Shown: piece by piece, positions 38,912 through 48,235 of the stretch
Layout: each line of letters opens with the position of its first letter
Numbering within the stretch: the stretch's first letter is position 1
Assembly (NCBI GenBank): GCA_038046005.1
Contig: JBBSXB010000009.1
Location: forward strand, 1-64,000
Source of the DNA: Nanobdellota archaeon
GTDB lineage: Archaea; Nanobdellota; Nanobdellia; Pacearchaeales; GW2011-AR1
DNA length: 64,000 nucleotides
Direction: 5' to 3'
Notes under the pieces: model-generated
Databases searched by the model: none
What the model was told of the DNA's origin: nothing
What the model saw: only the letters and a program-made list of their open reading frames with translations
Made by a program: the position numbers and the translations under genes

Positions 38912-39409
38912 TTATTTCTTTACTTTAATCTTAAAAAGAAGTTGATTATATTCTATAGACATTTTATCCCTAACATAAGTCCGTATTATTTCTCCACTAC
39001 AAGGGGCCTTAATTTTGAACATATGATTTAAATATTCATAATAACCTAGTATGTCTCCTACTCCAATATGACGTCTCCTTTTTAAAAAACTTCTTAAAGT
39101 GTCTCTCAAGGGGTATGCCACCTCTGATTTATCTTCACGCCAGTAAAAAGTTGCAACTTCCGGAGATTTTAATGTAACACGTCCGTGGCTTTCTTTAACA
39201 ATTATGAATTTAGGTTCAACAGAAACAGAAGGCTCTGGTTTTCTCTCTGCTATTTGAGCCAAGTGTTCAATAGTTTTTTGAGAATCCCTCCTATTTTCTA
39301 TTTTCAGAGTATTAATCTTTAATCCAAAAGGAGAAAACGAATATTCAAAACTGTCAACATCAGATTCTTCAACAAGTTTTACTAATCTCCTTACATAGCT
39401 AATACGCAT
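38912..39409 (-). CDS. AccB-like (biotin carboxyl carrier-like) protein lacking the canonical MK motif
   Basis: N-terminal VRRLVKLVEESDV; LKSPEVATFY; GDILGYYEYLNHMFKIKAPCSGEI; IEYNQLLFKI. Confidence 0.65.
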   Translation of the reverse strand: MRISYVRRLVKLVEESDVDSFEYSFSPFGLKINTLKIENRRDSQKTIEHLAQIAERKPEPSVSVEPKFIIVKESHGRVTLKSPEVATFYWREDKSEVAYPLRDTLRSFLKRRRHIGVGDILGYYEYLNHMFKIKAPCSGEIIRTYVRDKMSIEYNQLLFKIKVKK

Positions 39410-39456
39410 AAAAAATCAAGCCGTAGCAAGATTAAAAGATTAATTGTGGTGGAGTT

Positions 39457-40260
39457 TTAGATGTCAATTGCTACATAATCTCCATTAAATCCAACATTAT
39501 AAACTTCAGATTTTCCAATCCTTGTTTTTCCTTTTCCCTCATGAATGTGTCCGCAAAAAACATATTTTGGTTGATATTTTTTTATGTAATCTAAAATTAC
39601 TTTGCTTCCAGCATGTTTTCCGTGCCAGTGTTTTGGGGCACCAAATTTTCCAGTTACTTCATCAAGGTAACCATATGGAGGTTGATGACATACTAAAATG
39701 TCTAAACTTCCAAATCTCTTTAAAATTCTTCTAGCTTTGTCTGTAGCTTTTTTAGCCTTTTGTAATTTCTTCTTGTAATCTGAAGGCTTAAAATCCTGCA
39801 CCCAATTTGTATCAACAAAATATTCCAAAAAACCAATTCTCAATCCACCAATAGTTTTTACACTATTTTTAACAAGATAAAAATCTTTCATTGAATTAAT
39901 CTTTTCACGAGTAGAAGGAAGATTCAATCCATATTTTTTCTTTTCTTTTTTTATTTGAGGAGTGGAAGGAATTCCAACATTCCCTTGCAAAGAATAAACA
40001 GGAGCAATTTTACTGAGATATTTTAGCACTTCAATTGTTGAGTTATGGATTTCCATGTGAACATCTTTTTGATGTTTCGCAGTTTCTTCCAATTCTGGCA
40101 AACCTTCTTTTTTTCGGTTAATATTTTCAAAATGTCTTTTTCTAGCCAAATCAGCCTTACCAATATCTCCAGTTAAAAGAATTAAATCAATACCTTTTGA
40201 AGAAACTTTTCTAACATTTTCAATTGCACCATGCGGGTCTCCAACCACTAATATTTTCAT
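39457..40260 (-). CDS. Calcineurin-like metallophosphoesterase
   Basis: GDPHG, TGDIG, GN, HQPPYG, CGHIHE. Confidence 0.9.
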   Translation of the reverse strand: MKILVVGDPHGAIENVRKVSSKGIDLILLTGDIGKADLARKRHFENINRKKEGLPELEETAKHQKDVHMEIHNSTIEVLKYLSKIAPVYSLQGNVGIPSTPQIKKEKKKYGLNLPSTREKINSMKDFYLVKNSVKTIGGLRIGFLEYFVDTNWVQDFKPSDYKKKLQKAKKATDKARRILKRFGSLDILVCHQPPYGYLDEVTGKFGAPKHWHGKHAGSKVILDYIKKYQPKYVFCGHIHEGKGKTRIGKSEVYNVGFNGDYVAIDI

Positions 40261-40264
40261 TTTC

Positions 40265-41590
40265 TCACGGCTTCCATCTCGTCATTGTTCTTGGAAAAGG
40301 AATTGCATCTTTGATAGTTTCTAAACCACATATCCATGAGATAACTCTTTCTGTTCCCATTCCAAACCCACCATGAGGAATACTTCCATATCTTCTAGTA
40401 TCAAGATAAAATTCATAATTTGCAGGATCTTCACCCATATCAACAAGATTTTCTTTTATTTTTTTAATATCAGATTCCCTTTCAGAACCCCCAATAATTT
40501 CTCCATAACCTTCGGGTGCAATAAAGTCAACGCCATGAACAACTTTCTTGTCTTCGGGAGCCTCTTTCATGTAAAATGCCTTTACAATCTTTGGATAATT
40601 TGTAATCATGATAGGAACATCAAACATGGCACTCAACTTGTCTTCTTCAACTGTCCTCAAATCTTTTCCCCACTCAACATTCATGTGGGCTTTTTCTTTA
40701 AGAAGTTTCAATGCCTCAGTGTAAGTTATTCTGACAAACTTTTTCTTTATGACAGGTTCCAACTTTTTCACATCTCTCTCAAGAATTTGCAACTCTTCTT
40801 TATTTTCATCCAAAACTTTTTTAACAATATGTTTTATGAGTCCTTCTCCATAACTCAAGATATCATCGAAACTCGCCCACGCAACTTCCATCTCTGCATG
40901 CCAATATTCTGTCAAGTGTCTGGAAGTTTTTGATTTCTCGGCCCTGAATGAAGGAGCAATTGTATAAATTTTTTCCAAACTAAAAATTGCAGGTTCTGCA
41001 TACAACTGCCAAGATTGAGATAAGAAAACTCCTTTCTGTCCAAAATAGGGAATAGAAAACAATGTTGATCCCCCTTCTGACTGAACGCTCTGAAAAATAG
41101 GACTTTGATATTCATAAAATCCTTCCCCCCTAAAATAATCGTGAATAGCGCCAAACACAGTGCTTCTAATCTTTAAAATAGAAGTCATCTTCCTGCTTCT
41201 CAACCATAAATGTCTTCTATCTCCTAAAAGTTCTTCATTCAAATCTTTGTTGATTGGAAAATCCTCTGCAATCTGTATAATGTTTATTTTTTCGGCAGAA
41301 ATCTCAAATCCTGTCGGTGCTCTCTTGTCTTCTTTTATTGCTCCTTCAATCTCAACACTGCTTTCAATTTTTATTTTGTCTATCTCATCCCACTGCTTTT
41401 CAAATTTGCCCCTGTCCAAAACACACTGAATTATATCACTTGCATCTCTCAACACAAGGAATTTCATCTTGTTGCTTCCTCTCTCTCTGTGTATCCATCC
41501 ACGCACAGCTACTTTTCCGCTGCCTTTCTTCATGGCCTCTTTTATTGAAAGGAATTTTGTGGATGCCATGGTTTTACTAAACAACAACAT
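40265..41590 (-). CDS. asnS: Asparaginyl-tRNA synthetase
   Basis: FRAEKSKTSRHLTEYW, GEIIGGSERE, PHGGFGMGTER. Confidence 0.93.
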   Translation of the reverse strand: MLLFSKTMASTKFLSIKEAMKKGSGKVAVRGWIHRERGSNKMKFLVLRDASDIIQCVLDRGKFEKQWDEIDKIKIESSVEIEGAIKEDKRAPTGFEISAEKINIIQIAEDFPINKDLNEELLGDRRHLWLRSRKMTSILKIRSTVFGAIHDYFRGEGFYEYQSPIFQSVQSEGGSTLFSIPYFGQKGVFLSQSWQLYAEPAIFSLEKIYTIAPSFRAEKSKTSRHLTEYWHAEMEVAWASFDDILSYGEGLIKHIVKKVLDENKEELQILERDVKKLEPVIKKKFVRITYTEALKLLKEKAHMNVEWGKDLRTVEEDKLSAMFDVPIMITNYPKIVKAFYMKEAPEDKKVVHGVDFIAPEGYGEIIGGSERESDIKKIKENLVDMGEDPANYEFYLDTRRYGSIPHGGFGMGTERVISWICGLETIKDAIPFPRTMTRWKP

Positions 41591-41619
41591 TTTTTAAAGT
41601 TATTTGAATTACAAGAGTC

Positions 41620-42021
41620 ATGAAAAATTTTTATACCAAAATAGACAAAACGCTAAAAAAAGCTCCAAAAAGAGTTATAGGAATGTATAATAATTTGATA
41701 GCCGGAATAATAGGAGGAACTATAATTTATTACCTATTAATCTTAAAAACTCTTGAGAATATAATTCTAGGATTTTTTTATGTATTGATTCTAATGATTC
41801 TAGGATTTCTTATTTTATTGAATATTTTAAAAAATATAAGAAGCAAAAAATCAAAAAAAGATGAACTAAAAAATTATATCTGGAATGTGCTAATGGCTTT
41901 ATTAGGGGGTTTTTATTTATTACTAGTATTTAATTTAGGATTAAACAAAATTTTGTCAGGATTAATTCTTTTAGTTTTATTCATACTGATCAGTTATTTT
42001 AGAAATAAATATAACTTCTAA
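41620..42021 (+). CDS. Membrane protein (4 TM)
   Basis: Hydrophobic; its stop overlaps the TAG of the orphan aspS tail. Confidence 0.65.
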   Translation: MKNFYTKIDKTLKKAPKRVIGMYNNLIAGIIGGTIIYYLLILKTLENIILGFFYVLILMILGFLILLNILKNIRSKKSKKDELKNYIWNVLMALLGGFYLLLVFNLGLNKILSGLILLVLFILISYFRNKYNF

Positions 42022-42071
42022 GGAGTCAACCTCATTCTATCTTTAGGAAATAATGTAGCTTCTCTTATGTT
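42018..42071 (-). pseudogene. Orphan duplicate of the aspS 3' end (NIREATLFPKDRMRLTP*)
   Basis: 15 of 17 aa identical to the aspS C-terminus NIREATLFPRDRNRLTP at 43114-43167. Confidence 0.9.
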
Positions 42072-42919
42072 AAACCTTTCTTAACTAGAAACTCCTTAAG
42101 AATTTTTTGTTTTCTGTCTATTGTAAAACCAACTAGCGAATAAAACAATAAAATAGAATTCTTATCATGAATCCTTAAAACATATTTTTGAGAAGTGTTT
42201 GGTCTTAAATCCTTCTTTTTTATTATAGTAGATCTTATCTTCAAAAAAGAAAGCAAATCTTGAACCTCTTTTAAGCCACCAAAATTCATAGAAACTGCTC
42301 CAACTCTACCAATCTTTCTGTCTATTTCACCCTCAGAGTCAAAGAAACCCATTATGAAAGAGGATTTTATATTGCCATCACTAGTTTTGATAATTTCTGG
42401 AACTTTCCATTTATCTTTACCAAAATTTCCAAATTCTAAGATAAAATCACAAGCTTCTTTAGAACACAATCTGGTCACATATTGATCGCGCCAATTACTA
42501 TTCCTTGATTTTCTGAATTCTGTAGTTGGATTTATTTTAAAGTAATTTCTTAAAACATTTCTAAACTTATCAACAAACTCTTTATCAGTAGCTGATAAAA
42601 CAATATGGTATCTTCTTAATTTTTTATTGCAGCTAATGCACCCATCTCCACATAAAACTCCAAAAATATAAGATAAGTCTTCACTTATTATTAAATCACT
42701 AGGAATATTATGTTTCTTTATTTTGATTCTTCCAGATTTAACACCTTCTTTTGCAGCCGAACTCTTGTTTCTTCTTTCAATGTTTAGTCTTTTCATATGA
42801 TGGAGAATTGTAGAGTGTTGAATGTTAAACCTTTTAGCAATTTCCCAAGTTGACAAACCAGAGCCATATAAAGAAGAAATAGACAGAATATTACTATTTG
42901 TTAACTTTCTTGTTACCAT
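42065..42919 (-). CDS. Free-standing LAGLIDADG homing endonuclease with N-terminal HTH
   Basis: Two motifs, YIFGVLCGDGCI and FIMGFFDSEGEI; C-terminal VGFTIDRKQ; HTH LSTWEIAKRFNI; no intein splicing motifs. Confidence 0.9.
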   Translation of the reverse strand: MVTRKLTNSNILSISSLYGSGLSTWEIAKRFNIQHSTILHHMKRLNIERRNKSSAAKEGVKSGRIKIKKHNIPSDLIISEDLSYIFGVLCGDGCISCNKKLRRYHIVLSATDKEFVDKFRNVLRNYFKINPTTEFRKSRNSNWRDQYVTRLCSKEACDFILEFGNFGKDKWKVPEIIKTSDGNIKSSFIMGFFDSEGEIDRKIGRVGAVSMNFGGLKEVQDLLSFLKIRSTIIKKKDLRPNTSQKYVLRIHDKNSILLFYSLVGFTIDRKQKILKEFLVKKGLT

Positions 42920-43046
42920 CTTTTTTTATAGTTATTTCAACTAGCTCTCCTTTCTTCAATTTGAATTTTTCTATAATAGAATAAGGAATTGTTACAACAA
43001 TAGCATTTCCAGTTTTCCACAATTTAGCATCGAATTGTCTCTTCAT
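42894..43046 (-). CDS. 50-aa AbrB/MazE/SpoVT-family DNA-binding protein
   Basis: Read by hand: MKRQFDAKLWKTGNAIVVTIPYSIIEKFKLKKGELVEITIKKDGNKKVNK*; overlaps the endonuclease start. Confidence 0.85.
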   Translation of the reverse strand: MKRQFDAKLWKTGNAIVVTIPYSIIEKFKLKKGELVEITIKKDGNKKVNK

Positions 43047-43048
43047 TT

Positions 43049-43069
43049 TGTATTTACAATGTAAATACA
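43049..43069. promoter_or_regulatory. Perfect palindromic operator TGTATTTACA-A-TGTAAATACA
   Basis: 10-bp inverted repeat between a TTTATATA box (~43076-43083, minus strand) and the AbrB ATG. Confidence 0.7.
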
Positions 43070-43113
43070 TAGAGATATATAAAGTTTAATATTATCTAAA
43101 AAGTAGTTAATAA

Positions 43114-44394
43114 TTAAGGAGTTAATCTATTTCTATCACGAGGAAAAAGAGTTGCCTCACGAATGTTAGGAAGACTCAGCATAGTTTGCGTCAAACGCTC
43201 TAAACCTATTGACCATCCACTGTGAATAGGACTACCATACCTGAAAGAATCAATATACCATTTGAAATTTTCTGGCTTCAAACCTTTTGCCTTCAGATTT
43301 TTTATCAAAATATCAGGAACATGAATTCTTTGTCCACCAGAAGAAATTTCTATTCCCCCATAAAGTGCATCAAATCCTCCAGAAACTCCAGTCTTCTCAT
43401 CTTTAGGCCAAATATAAAAAGGTTTTATCTTAGAAGGCCACTCATATGTAAAAACAATGCAGTTAGGGAACAACCCACAAAGTTTTCTCTCGGCTTCAGG
43501 CTCAAAATCATCTCCATCTTTCATTTTTATTCCATGTTTGTTCATCAAATCCAAAGCTTCTTTATATTTCAAATATTTAACATCAGGAACTTTTAATTTA
43601 ACTCCTAACAAATCCAGCTCAGTTTTGCATGTATCAATAACTTTCTTAAAGATATATTTAACAACTTCTTCAAGATGTTTCATAATCCCAATGTCATCCT
43701 CAAAAGCCATTTCAATATCCATTTGTCTTATCTCATTGATGTGCTTTGAAGTATCGTGCTTCTCAGCCCTCCAAACGGGAGTTATAAGAAAAACTCTTTC
43801 CATTGAAATTGCCATAAGCTGTTTGTATAATTGGGGGCTTTGAGCAAGATAAGCAGGCTTGTCAAAATAATTTATCTTAAACAAATCGGTTCCCCCTTCT
43901 GTTGAAGTTCCAATAATTGCGGGAGTTTGTATCTCTATAAAATTTTTGTTTGCAAAAAATTCTCTGAATGAATTTGCGATCACAGATTGAATCTTGAAAA
44001 TTGCCATCACTTTCGGTTTTCTGACATCTAAGCTCCTATAATCAAGCCTTGAAGGCAGTTCAGCACTGACAGCTTTTTCATTGACTTGTATTGGTAATTT
44101 TTCAGCCTTGGCCAAAACAACTAAATTTTCAACTTCAACTTCAGCGTCTTTCCTTGCCAAATCATTTTTGACATCAGCTTTCTTTACTTTTCCCTGAATC
44201 TCAATAACACTTTCCAAAGTAAGTGAAGGAATCTCTTTCAGGATTTTTTCATCTTTTATAATACACTGCACAATTCCAGAATTATCTCTTAAAAGGATAA
44301 ATGCCATCTTTGACATGATTCTAAGCTCATGACACCATCCCTTCAACAAAACTTCCTGCCCTATTTTTACTTCCTTGATAAAAGAGCGTTGCAT
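43114..44394 (-). CDS. aspS: Archaeal-type aspartyl-tRNA synthetase
   Basis: AYLAQSPQLYKQ, WRAEKH, EISSGGQRIH, GLER, FPRD. Confidence 0.95.
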   Translation of the reverse strand: MQRSFIKEVKIGQEVLLKGWCHELRIMSKMAFILLRDNSGIVQCIIKDEKILKEIPSLTLESVIEIQGKVKKADVKNDLARKDAEVEVENLVVLAKAEKLPIQVNEKAVSAELPSRLDYRSLDVRKPKVMAIFKIQSVIANSFREFFANKNFIEIQTPAIIGTSTEGGTDLFKINYFDKPAYLAQSPQLYKQLMAISMERVFLITPVWRAEKHDTSKHINEIRQMDIEMAFEDDIGIMKHLEEVVKYIFKKVIDTCKTELDLLGVKLKVPDVKYLKYKEALDLMNKHGIKMKDGDDFEPEAERKLCGLFPNCIVFTYEWPSKIKPFYIWPKDEKTGVSGGFDALYGGIEISSGGQRIHVPDILIKNLKAKGLKPENFKWYIDSFRYGSPIHSGWSIGLERLTQTMLSLPNIREATLFPRDRNRLTP

Positions 44395-44433
44395 AAAATG
44401 AATAGAAGAAAGGTATTTATTAAATTGTTGGTT

Positions 44434-45192
44434 TTATTTTACACTCTTCCAAACTTCATTAAAGTAATTTCTTAGGTTATTTGCAATACTTTCAGATTTT
44501 ATTAGTATTCCAACAACGGATGGCCTCCAAGAAACAATGAAAACCATGTCTTTTATTATGTCTATGTTACCCGGAATTGGGTATTTTACAAATTTAAGAT
44601 TAGACTTCATTTTTTTCGCCTTTTTTGCGAACCAAGAATTTTCATATTTTTTGTTTGCAATGCCTTTGATATTGAATTTTCTTGTTATTTCCCACATAGA
44701 ATGATAAAATTGGTCTGACTCTTCAGCATATTCATCATCATGCAAGTAAAAAAACAAAGCTTCATCTTTTTTTGTTAAACTTTGAAACAATTTTTCATAA
44801 GCACTTCTAAGTCCTTTTAAACCGACAAAAACCTCTGCTTCTTGAATATTCTTTTTTTCTCTTAATCTCTCAAGTTGAGGTATGATTTTCTTTAAAGATT
44901 CTTTATTTTCCAAAATTTCACTTTGTTTTTTATTAAGATATTCTAAGAGGTTTATTGGAGAAGTGGCAGAAAAATGCTTTGTCTTTTCTTTTATAACAAA
45001 GCTTACAAGACCTTTTTTAATGAGTCTATTTAAAATATCATAAACATTAGAGTAAGCAACTCCAGAAAGTTTAACAATTGGTCCAACAGTGCTACTTCCG
45101 ATCTCACTTAAAGCCAAATAAACTTTTGCTTCTCCATCAGTCAAGCCAACTTTTAACAATTCAGAATATTCCTCGTTTACCATTATCAACAT
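44434..45192 (-). CDS. TrmB-family transcriptional regulator
   Basis: GLTDGEAKVYLALSEIG, VFVGLKGL. Confidence 0.88.
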   Translation of the reverse strand: MLIMVNEEYSELLKVGLTDGEAKVYLALSEIGSSTVGPIVKLSGVAYSNVYDILNRLIKKGLVSFVIKEKTKHFSATSPINLLEYLNKKQSEILENKESLKKIIPQLERLREKKNIQEAEVFVGLKGLRSAYEKLFQSLTKKDEALFFYLHDDEYAEESDQFYHSMWEITRKFNIKGIANKKYENSWFAKKAKKMKSNLKFVKYPIPGNIDIIKDMVFIVSWRPSVVGILIKSESIANNLRNYFNEVWKSVK

Positions 45193-45277
45193 AATAACCT
45201 AAGCTATAAAAATTTAACTGTTATATACCCTGTACAGAATAAATAAGTTTTATAAAAAGCCATTAATACTTGAAAAA

Positions 45278-45886
45278 ATGAAGTCAGAGCAAGAATTAAT
45301 TAACCACATAGAAAAACATGAAAATTCTTCTTTAGTAAGAGCTGTGCTAGCTGGGAACACAACTTTCAAACGAGAAGCACGAAGGTTTTATGATTTAGAA
45401 GTGCGTATAATAGCTGGAAGAGGAATGGCTGGAAAATTATTCAATTTTAAAAAGGAGAGTACACTAAAATTAAACCAGAATCCTACGGAATTAATAGAGT
45501 TACTTCAGCCATTTAGTGATGAACCTATAGATAAAAATAAATTGGATTATGAGAAAGTAAGAGAAGATTACAAAAGGTGGCACTCGGGATTAAGAAAGCT
45601 AAAAATAGTTGGAATAAATATTGGAAAATTAAGTATACTTATAGGATCAGCCTTTATTACAGCAAACAACCTAGATAATTTATTGCTAGCAGTTCCTTCA
45701 GGAGCAATAACTGTTGTTGGTTCTTTTTTATACAATAAAATACTTCCTACAAACAAACCTCCAAAAAACACAAACTACGAGTTTATAGAATATATGAAAA
45801 TAGATGACGCTGTTTATGAAGCTGATGGTTTTATGGATAAACAATATAGAAAATATTTTGTGGGAAAAAATCTCAAAACTAAGTAA
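45278..45886 (+). CDS. Hypothetical membrane-associated protein
   Basis: 202 aa with two hydrophobic segments. Confidence 0.6.
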   Translation: MKSEQELINHIEKHENSSLVRAVLAGNTTFKREARRFYDLEVRIIAGRGMAGKLFNFKKESTLKLNQNPTELIELLQPFSDEPIDKNKLDYEKVREDYKRWHSGLRKLKIVGINIGKLSILIGSAFITANNLDNLLLAVPSGAITVVGSFLYNKILPTNKPPKNTNYEFIEYMKIDDAVYEADGFMDKQYRKYFVGKNLKTK

Positions 45887-47327
45887 ATCTCTTAAACTCA
45901 TTTGTATGTTTTTTGATTATTTCCATTGCTTCGCTGCCGGAAATCTTGCCTTTATATTTCTGCATGACCAACCCCATGTAAGCATTTGCATTTAATCCAG
46001 GGTTAGATTTTATTAAATTTAAAATTCCCTCTTCAATTTCACCATAATCAATTTTTGCAGTCGCCTCTTCAAAACTCATTCCTTCAACAAGCCTGTCAAG
46101 AACTCCCTTAACATCCCCCTCATTTATTTTTCCTTTTTTGACTAGTTCTAAAACACTAGGGATCTGGTCTTCAAGTTTTTCCAAAACACTTTCAAAACTA
46201 AGCTTCTTTTTTGAAGCAATCTCTTTAGTAAAAACCAAAAGCGTTTTCGCGACAAATTGTGGCCTGTTTAAAATAATTAGAAGTTCTTTAAATTCTTCGA
46301 GTTTTCTTTCCTTAAACAAAATAGAAATCATTTCCTCAGAAAGTCCTTGTTTTCTTAATTCATTTTCAGTTTCTTCTCTTAGTTTAGGAAGATTTTTTTT
46401 AGACACATTTATCATATCCCTTGAAATTTTCAATAAAGGCAAATCAGTTTCTGGATACATCCTCGCTGCACCAGATATTGGCCTTAGAATAACGGAGCTT
46501 CCATCTTCAAGAACATTCCTTACCTCTTTATCATTTTTTAAACCTCTATTGACAAAATTAAGCTGCCTCTCAACTTCTTTTTCAATTGTCCTTATCATAA
46601 GTTTCGGGTCTTGAAATCCTTTAAGCTCAACTCTATTGCTCCCTTTAACTGAAATGTTAATATCCTGTCTTATTGTCCCAATTCCTCTTTTAACCTGGCA
46701 CGCTCTCAATATTTCGCCAATCTTCAGCGCAGTTTCTTTCGCCTGCTCTGCATTTTTTACGTCCGGCATTGTGGAAATTTCAACAAGTGGAATTCCCAGC
46801 CTGTCTAATCTGTAAATTACCTCACCATCTTTCTTGCTGACAAGTCTGGCAGAATCCTCCTCCAAAAAAATTCCACTTATTCCAACTCTCCCAAAACTAG
46901 TGTCAACAAATCCATCTCTAGCTATCATGACTGTCCTTTGAAATCCAGAAGTGTTGCTTCCATTGATGACCGTTTTTCTCATAATCTGTGTTATCGGAAT
47001 TATTGTGGCGTTAAGCAAAGCAGAAATTTGCAAGACTATTCCTAAAGCGTCTTTATTAATTTCGTGAGGGGGCTCTTCATCCAATTCAACGAGACAGTTA
47101 GTGTTGTAAACTTGATAGACAAATTCCTCTCCCAAAGAGGCCTCATGCTCTGCAGCCATGTCAATTTCTCCAGCCTCTCCGGCTACAACATGGAGCCTTC
47201 TTCTGACAACTATCTCAGGATCATCACTCCTAAAAATGCTAGGGCAATTGCAGAAAAGTTTTCTAGTATCAAGTTGCTGATGAATTTCCAATCCAGCTTT
47301 AAAGCCTATTTTAGTGTAATCAAACAT
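45879..47327 (-). CDS. gatE: Glu-tRNA(Gln) amidotransferase subunit E (short form)
   Basis: GLEIHQQL, SNTSGFQRT, LDRLGIPLVEI, GTIRQDINIS, ARMYPETD. Confidence 0.94.
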   Translation of the reverse strand: MFDYTKIGFKAGLEIHQQLDTRKLFCNCPSIFRSDDPEIVVRRRLHVVAGEAGEIDMAAEHEASLGEEFVYQVYNTNCLVELDEEPPHEINKDALGIVLQISALLNATIIPITQIMRKTVINGSNTSGFQRTVMIARDGFVDTSFGRVGISGIFLEEDSARLVSKKDGEVIYRLDRLGIPLVEISTMPDVKNAEQAKETALKIGEILRACQVKRGIGTIRQDINISVKGSNRVELKGFQDPKLMIRTIEKEVERQLNFVNRGLKNDKEVRNVLEDGSSVILRPISGAARMYPETDLPLLKISRDMINVSKKNLPKLREETENELRKQGLSEEMISILFKERKLEEFKELLIILNRPQFVAKTLLVFTKEIASKKKLSFESVLEKLEDQIPSVLELVKKGKINEGDVKGVLDRLVEGMSFEEATAKIDYGEIEEGILNLIKSNPGLNANAYMGLVMQKYKGKISGSEAMEIIKKHTNEFKRFT

Positions 47328-47358
47328 AGATTGAATAATAAAAAAGAGTTAATAAAGT

Positions 47359-48138
47359 TTATACTTTTAAGTCTCCAAGAATGTTATCAAGTGCGCTGTT
47401 TACTTTACTAGCACAGTAATCAAAGAAAGGTTTTAGTTCATCTCTAGATTCTTCGCCATACGAAGGAAGAATCTTCCTTAGTAAACCGTGATAATAAGTT
47501 CCCTCCCCTGCATGTATTTGCACAGGAGGAAGCCCACAGCTGTGTAAAATTCTATTTTGCACAAGCCTAGCAGTTCTTTTATTCCCCTCTACAAATGGCT
47601 GAATTGCTGCAATACCCAAATGTGCCTCTATTGCTGATTCAAGAGGATCAGAAACATATTTGCCCTTTACAAGACCAATTAGAGTATGAATTTTCTCTGG
47701 CACTCTTTCCCAACTAGGAGGGGTATATCTTGGAATATTTAATGTAACATCATTTGTTCTAAATTGACCAGACCCATATTCTTCCGGAACAACAAGCTTG
47801 TTAGTTCTTTTGATTAATTCCTCATCTAAAATGTTAATAAAGGATTCTGTAACAGCCCCCTTATTCTGGAGAAAATACCATGCATTTTTTATATTATGAA
47901 TCCCCTTTCTTGCCAATTTTTTAATAGTCTCAGGAGATTTTTTGTCTAGCAAAAGTTCTCTTCTAAGGCCAGGATTTTCTATCCAAAAAGAATAGATATC
48001 GCCAAGAGTCTTAAGAGATCTAGCAATAGTTTTTTGTCTGGCATTATAATAGGCTGAATCACCATCTATTTTTTCCAGTTTCTCTTGAACTTCCCTTCTT
48101 ATTATGGGATTTATCATAGTAGACTCCATATTCCACAA
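47359..48138 (-). CDS. Fic/Doc-family protein
   Basis: AIEAHLGIAAIQPFVEGNKRTARL. Confidence 0.85.
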   Translation of the reverse strand: MWNMESTMINPIIRREVQEKLEKIDGDSAYYNARQKTIARSLKTLGDIYSFWIENPGLRRELLLDKKSPETIKKLARKGIHNIKNAWYFLQNKGAVTESFINILDEELIKRTNKLVVPEEYGSGQFRTNDVTLNIPRYTPPSWERVPEKIHTLIGLVKGKYVSDPLESAIEAHLGIAAIQPFVEGNKRTARLVQNRILHSCGLPPVQIHAGEGTYYHGLLRKILPSYGEESRDELKPFFDYCASKVNSALDNILGDLKV

Positions 48139-48235
48139 ACTATTTTTCCATATTTAAACCTTTCTATTTGTAACCTCTTAGGAGTTACAACTAACACGTT
48201 AAAAAACTTTATAATTTCCCATTCCATAAAAGAGC

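Larger units (their letters stand above)
42018..43167 (-). mobile_element. Putative aspS-targeting homing cassette (replacement 3' end, operator, AbrB, LAGLIDADG)
   Basis: Endonuclease flanked by two recoded copies of the aspS C-terminus. Confidence 0.75.

Noticed and set aside
42065-42919. Endonuclease as part of an intein
   Set aside because: It has its own start and stop, no Cys/Ser N-terminus or His-Asn C-terminus, and aspS terminates before it.
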